Source: an uncultured Methylomirabilota bacterium
Lineage (GTDB): Bacteria > Methylomirabilota > Methylomirabilia > Methylomirabilales > 2-02-FULL-66-22
Length of the DNA: 64,000 nucleotides
Assembly: GCA_963705305.1 (NCBI GenBank)
Contig: OY970067.1
Span: 1,696,001-1,760,000, forward strand
Direction of reading: 5' to 3'
Below the pieces are notes generated by a model. That model did no database searches. It was not told the DNA's origin and saw only the letters and a list, made by a program, of their open reading frames with translations. The translations under genes and the position numbers were made by a program. Below are positions 61,650-64,000 of the stretch, in pieces. The number at the start of each line of letters is the position of its first letter. Position 1 is the first letter of the stretch.

Positions 61650-61709
61650 ACGCTAACTCCAACATCAAGGAATTGTCAAGACGAAATCGGTGGTGACGAA
61701 ATCGGTGGT
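61650..61709 (-). promoter_or_regulatory. Putative promoter of the Nramp-like gene plus adjacent 15-bp tandem duplication
   Basis: TTGACA-18 nt-TAGCGT; GACGAAATCGGTGGT x2 at 61680-61709. Confidence 0.55.
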
Positions 61710-61936
61710 GAGGGCGGACAGCGCGCCCGAGCCAGCCGACGGCACCTACGCCGGCAGCTCCAATGCGAATCGCGCCGACGAGAAGGACGGAGATCAGCTT
61801 ACCTTGCTTCGGTTCCAGCCGGAGGGGCGGGCGAATGGTCGATCGACAGACCGTTTCCTTGCCTGGCGGGATGTGCTAGGGTATGGTATACGGACGTGGG
61901 GGACGGATCCCGGCATTCATCATTAGCCTGATCATG

Positions 61937-62239
61937 ATGGCAAGATTCCTCAGAACACGGCTCTCCCGCCATCGGCAGCTTCTCCTGGATCAGACGCTGG
62001 CCGCACGGGGAGTGATGCAGCTCCTGATGAAGGAGCGAAACACCGGGGAGCGTTGGACCCGGAAGGAGCTGCGGGAGATCCGCAGCCACCTGCGGACCAT
62101 GTGCAAGCTGGTCCCCGCCCTCGTCGTGTTTCTGCTTCCAGGCGGCCTCTTCTTCCTGCCGGTCCTGGCCGAGGCCCTGGATCGGCGCAGGGGCATCCGG
62201 GTCACGGCGGCGCAACACCCCCCCCAGCCTCCGGCATGA
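61937..62239 (+). CDS. Small hypothetical membrane protein
   Basis: LLMKERNTGERWT..EL, hydrophobic VPALVVFLLPGGLFFLPVLA. Confidence 0.65.
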   Translation: MARFLRTRLSRHRQLLLDQTLAARGVMQLLMKERNTGERWTRKELREIRSHLRTMCKLVPALVVFLLPGGLFFLPVLAEALDRRRGIRVTAAQHPPQPPA

Positions 62240-62323
62240 TCGGGAGGCTCCCCCTGGATGGCCCCGATCTCCGGCGACGGGGCGGCCGCACGGTCCGGTC
62301 CCTCCGCCGCCTGGCCTTCCGGG

Positions 62324-63271
62324 CTATCCCACCGTCAGGACAAGCTTGCCGCGCGTGTGGCCCGACTCGATTGCCGCGTGAGCCGTGGCGGCCTCGGCCA
62401 GGGAATGAACCCCGCTGAGGTGCACCTTCAGCTTTCCCGCCTCCACCAGCCCCCGCATGTGGTCCAGCTCCGGAGCGTGCGGCTCGACGAAGACGTAGTG
62501 GTGCGTTGCCCCCTTCTTGGCGGCGAGCTCGCTCTCGCGGACGAGGATCGAAACCACCCGACCGCCTTTCTTCACGCAGTCATAGCCCCTCGCCAGCGCG
62601 TCGCCGCCGCAGCAGTCGAAGGCCACGTCCGCGCCCTGCGGCAGGAGGGCTTTGACCCCCTCTCGAAAGTCCCCCCCGGTGTAGTCCACCGCCCCGTCCG
62701 CCCCCAGGCTCTTGAGGTACTCGTGGTTCCGCTTGCTCGCCACCGCGACCACCCTAGCCCCCACGATCTTGGTCAGCTGGACGGCGAAGCTTCCGACCCC
62801 GCCGGACGCCCCGAGGATGAGGACCGTCTCGCCGGTCTTCACCTTGGCGGCGTCGTGAATCGATTGGTAGGCTGTGAGTCCCGCCAGGGGAATGGCGCCC
62901 GCCTCATCGAACGAGATATTCTGGGGCCGCCGGGCGAGGTAGCTTTCGGGGAGCGAGATGTACTCGGCGTAGGCCCCACGCTGGATCACGGGGCGTCGGC
63001 AGTAGGCGTAGACCTCGTCGCCCGCCTTGACCCGGCGGACGCTGAACCCGGGCGTCTCCACCACCCCGGCGAACTCCCAGCCGGGGATGATGGGGAACGT
63101 GTGTGGAAAGAACTCCTTCAAGTAGCCGGCGCGGATCTTCCAGTCCACGGGATTCACCCCCGCGGCTTTGATCCGCACCAGGACCTCCCCTTCCTCGGGA
63201 GCGGGCGTCGGCACCTCGGTGTACTTGAGAACTTCGCGACCGCCGAACTCATTGAAGATTACCGCTTTCAT
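62324..63271 (-). CDS. NADP-dependent MDR oxidoreductase (quinone oxidoreductase-like, zinc-independent)
   Basis: AGVNPVDWK, GAYAEY, LAGLTA, GASGGVG, GKLVL. Confidence 0.92.
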   Translation of the reverse strand: MKAVIFNEFGGREVLKYTEVPTPAPEEGEVLVRIKAAGVNPVDWKIRAGYLKEFFPHTFPIIPGWEFAGVVETPGFSVRRVKAGDEVYAYCRRPVIQRGAYAEYISLPESYLARRPQNISFDEAGAIPLAGLTAYQSIHDAAKVKTGETVLILGASGGVGSFAVQLTKIVGARVVAVASKRNHEYLKSLGADGAVDYTGGDFREGVKALLPQGADVAFDCCGGDALARGYDCVKKGGRVVSILVRESELAAKKGATHHYVFVEPHAPELDHMRGLVEAGKLKVHLSGVHSLAEAATAHAAIESGHTRGKLVLTVG

Positions 63272-63624
63272 GTCGTCCCCCCTTGCGCCCGGTCATCGGC
63301 GCACATCGGAAGAGTTCGGTGCCGTCCTCCGGCCATCCGGGGGGCCAAGCCGAACGGTCAGCCTCCCGTGGGCAGGTGCTTCCGTCCTAGTGGATATTAT
63401 ACCCGGCTAAGTCCTTCGATTCATACATTCGGCAGCGAACGTATTCACCCCGGACTCAGTGCCGAGCGAGCAGATGATGGAACCGGCAAGAAAAATACGT
63501 GACCGTGGCGGCGAGTCGACGCACGAAGGCGCCGGAGGGACAGGCGCACCGATCCTCCCGGAGCGTGAAGGAGGCTCACGCCTCCCCGCTCCGGGACGGG
63601 CGGCGGCTCGCGCGGCGGGCGGGG

Positions 63625-64000
63625 TTATCGCTGGGCGGGCTTTTTCCGGGGAACCGACAACGACTGCCAGCGCTGCCACTCCAGGTGCTTGGCCAGGAAA
63701 ACAATCTGTCCGACGTGGGCGGCATAGTGCGAGAACGCCCGCATGATGGCATCCAGGGCCGTCAGCTCCTGTCCGCGGATTGTCACCCGGTTCTGGAAGT
63801 TGGCGGGCGTGAGAGACCCCAGGGCCCCAAACAGGCAGGCCCACCCCTTTTCCCAGGTCGCGAGCAGCTGCGCTCGCGTCAGGCCGGGCGCCGGCTCGAA
63901 CTCCGCGTTCCGATTCCGGGTGGGCTTTTCCCCATCCGCGGTGAGGAAGTCGGTCCAGCGCGACAGCATGTTCTCCGAGACGTGCCGCACCAAGATATCG
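63625..64000 (-). CDS. DUF1572 / DinB-like protein (5' end outside the window)
   Basis: NMLSRWTDFLTADGEKPTRNR.AEF, HYAAHVGQIV, WQSLSVP. Confidence 0.85.
   Translation of the reverse strand, partial: DILVRHVSENMLSRWTDFLTADGEKPTRNRNAEFEPAPGLTRAQLLATWEKGWACLFGALGSLTPANFQNRVTIRGQELTALDAIMRAFSHYAAHVGQIVFLAKHLEWQRWQSLSVPRKKPAQR

Noticed and set aside
1..64000. CRISPR array or cas genes
   Set aside because: No regularly spaced 25-40 bp repeats with unique spacers and no Cas motifs seen

Overview
Bacterial window of high GC content with two parts. Positions ~1-48.9 kb are an accessory, island-like region ending at the 3' end of a tRNA-Val(TAC) gene; ~50.6-64 kb looks like more GC-rich core genome (ECF/QueT transporter, HIT, DUF4197, MFS, DAACS and Nramp-like transporters, MDR oxidoreductase, DUF1572). 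The accessory region holds three sugar/cyclitol uptake-and-catabolism clusters. Cluster A (minus, <1-12.1 kb) and cluster B (plus, 14.2-26.7 kb) are paralogous and sit head-to-head, each led by a GntR/FCD regulator with a related promoter; B is decaying through frameshifts and a nonsense codon. Cluster C (minus, 34.2-47.0 kb; ROK-regulated, with glucokinase, Gfo/Idh/MocA and TIM-barrel genes) looks intact. The best novelty candidate is a ~290-aa protein family I do not recognise, present in three copies in clusters A and B, each built from two ~140-aa internal repeats with an HxH motif. It sits beside a DHDPS-like protein lacking its Schiff-base lysine and a possible IolD-like enzyme. IS and integrative-element remnants, a MITE-like inverted repeat, several hairpins and shared promoter motifs are also present. 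All calls come from reading sequence motifs by eye; no database searches were run.
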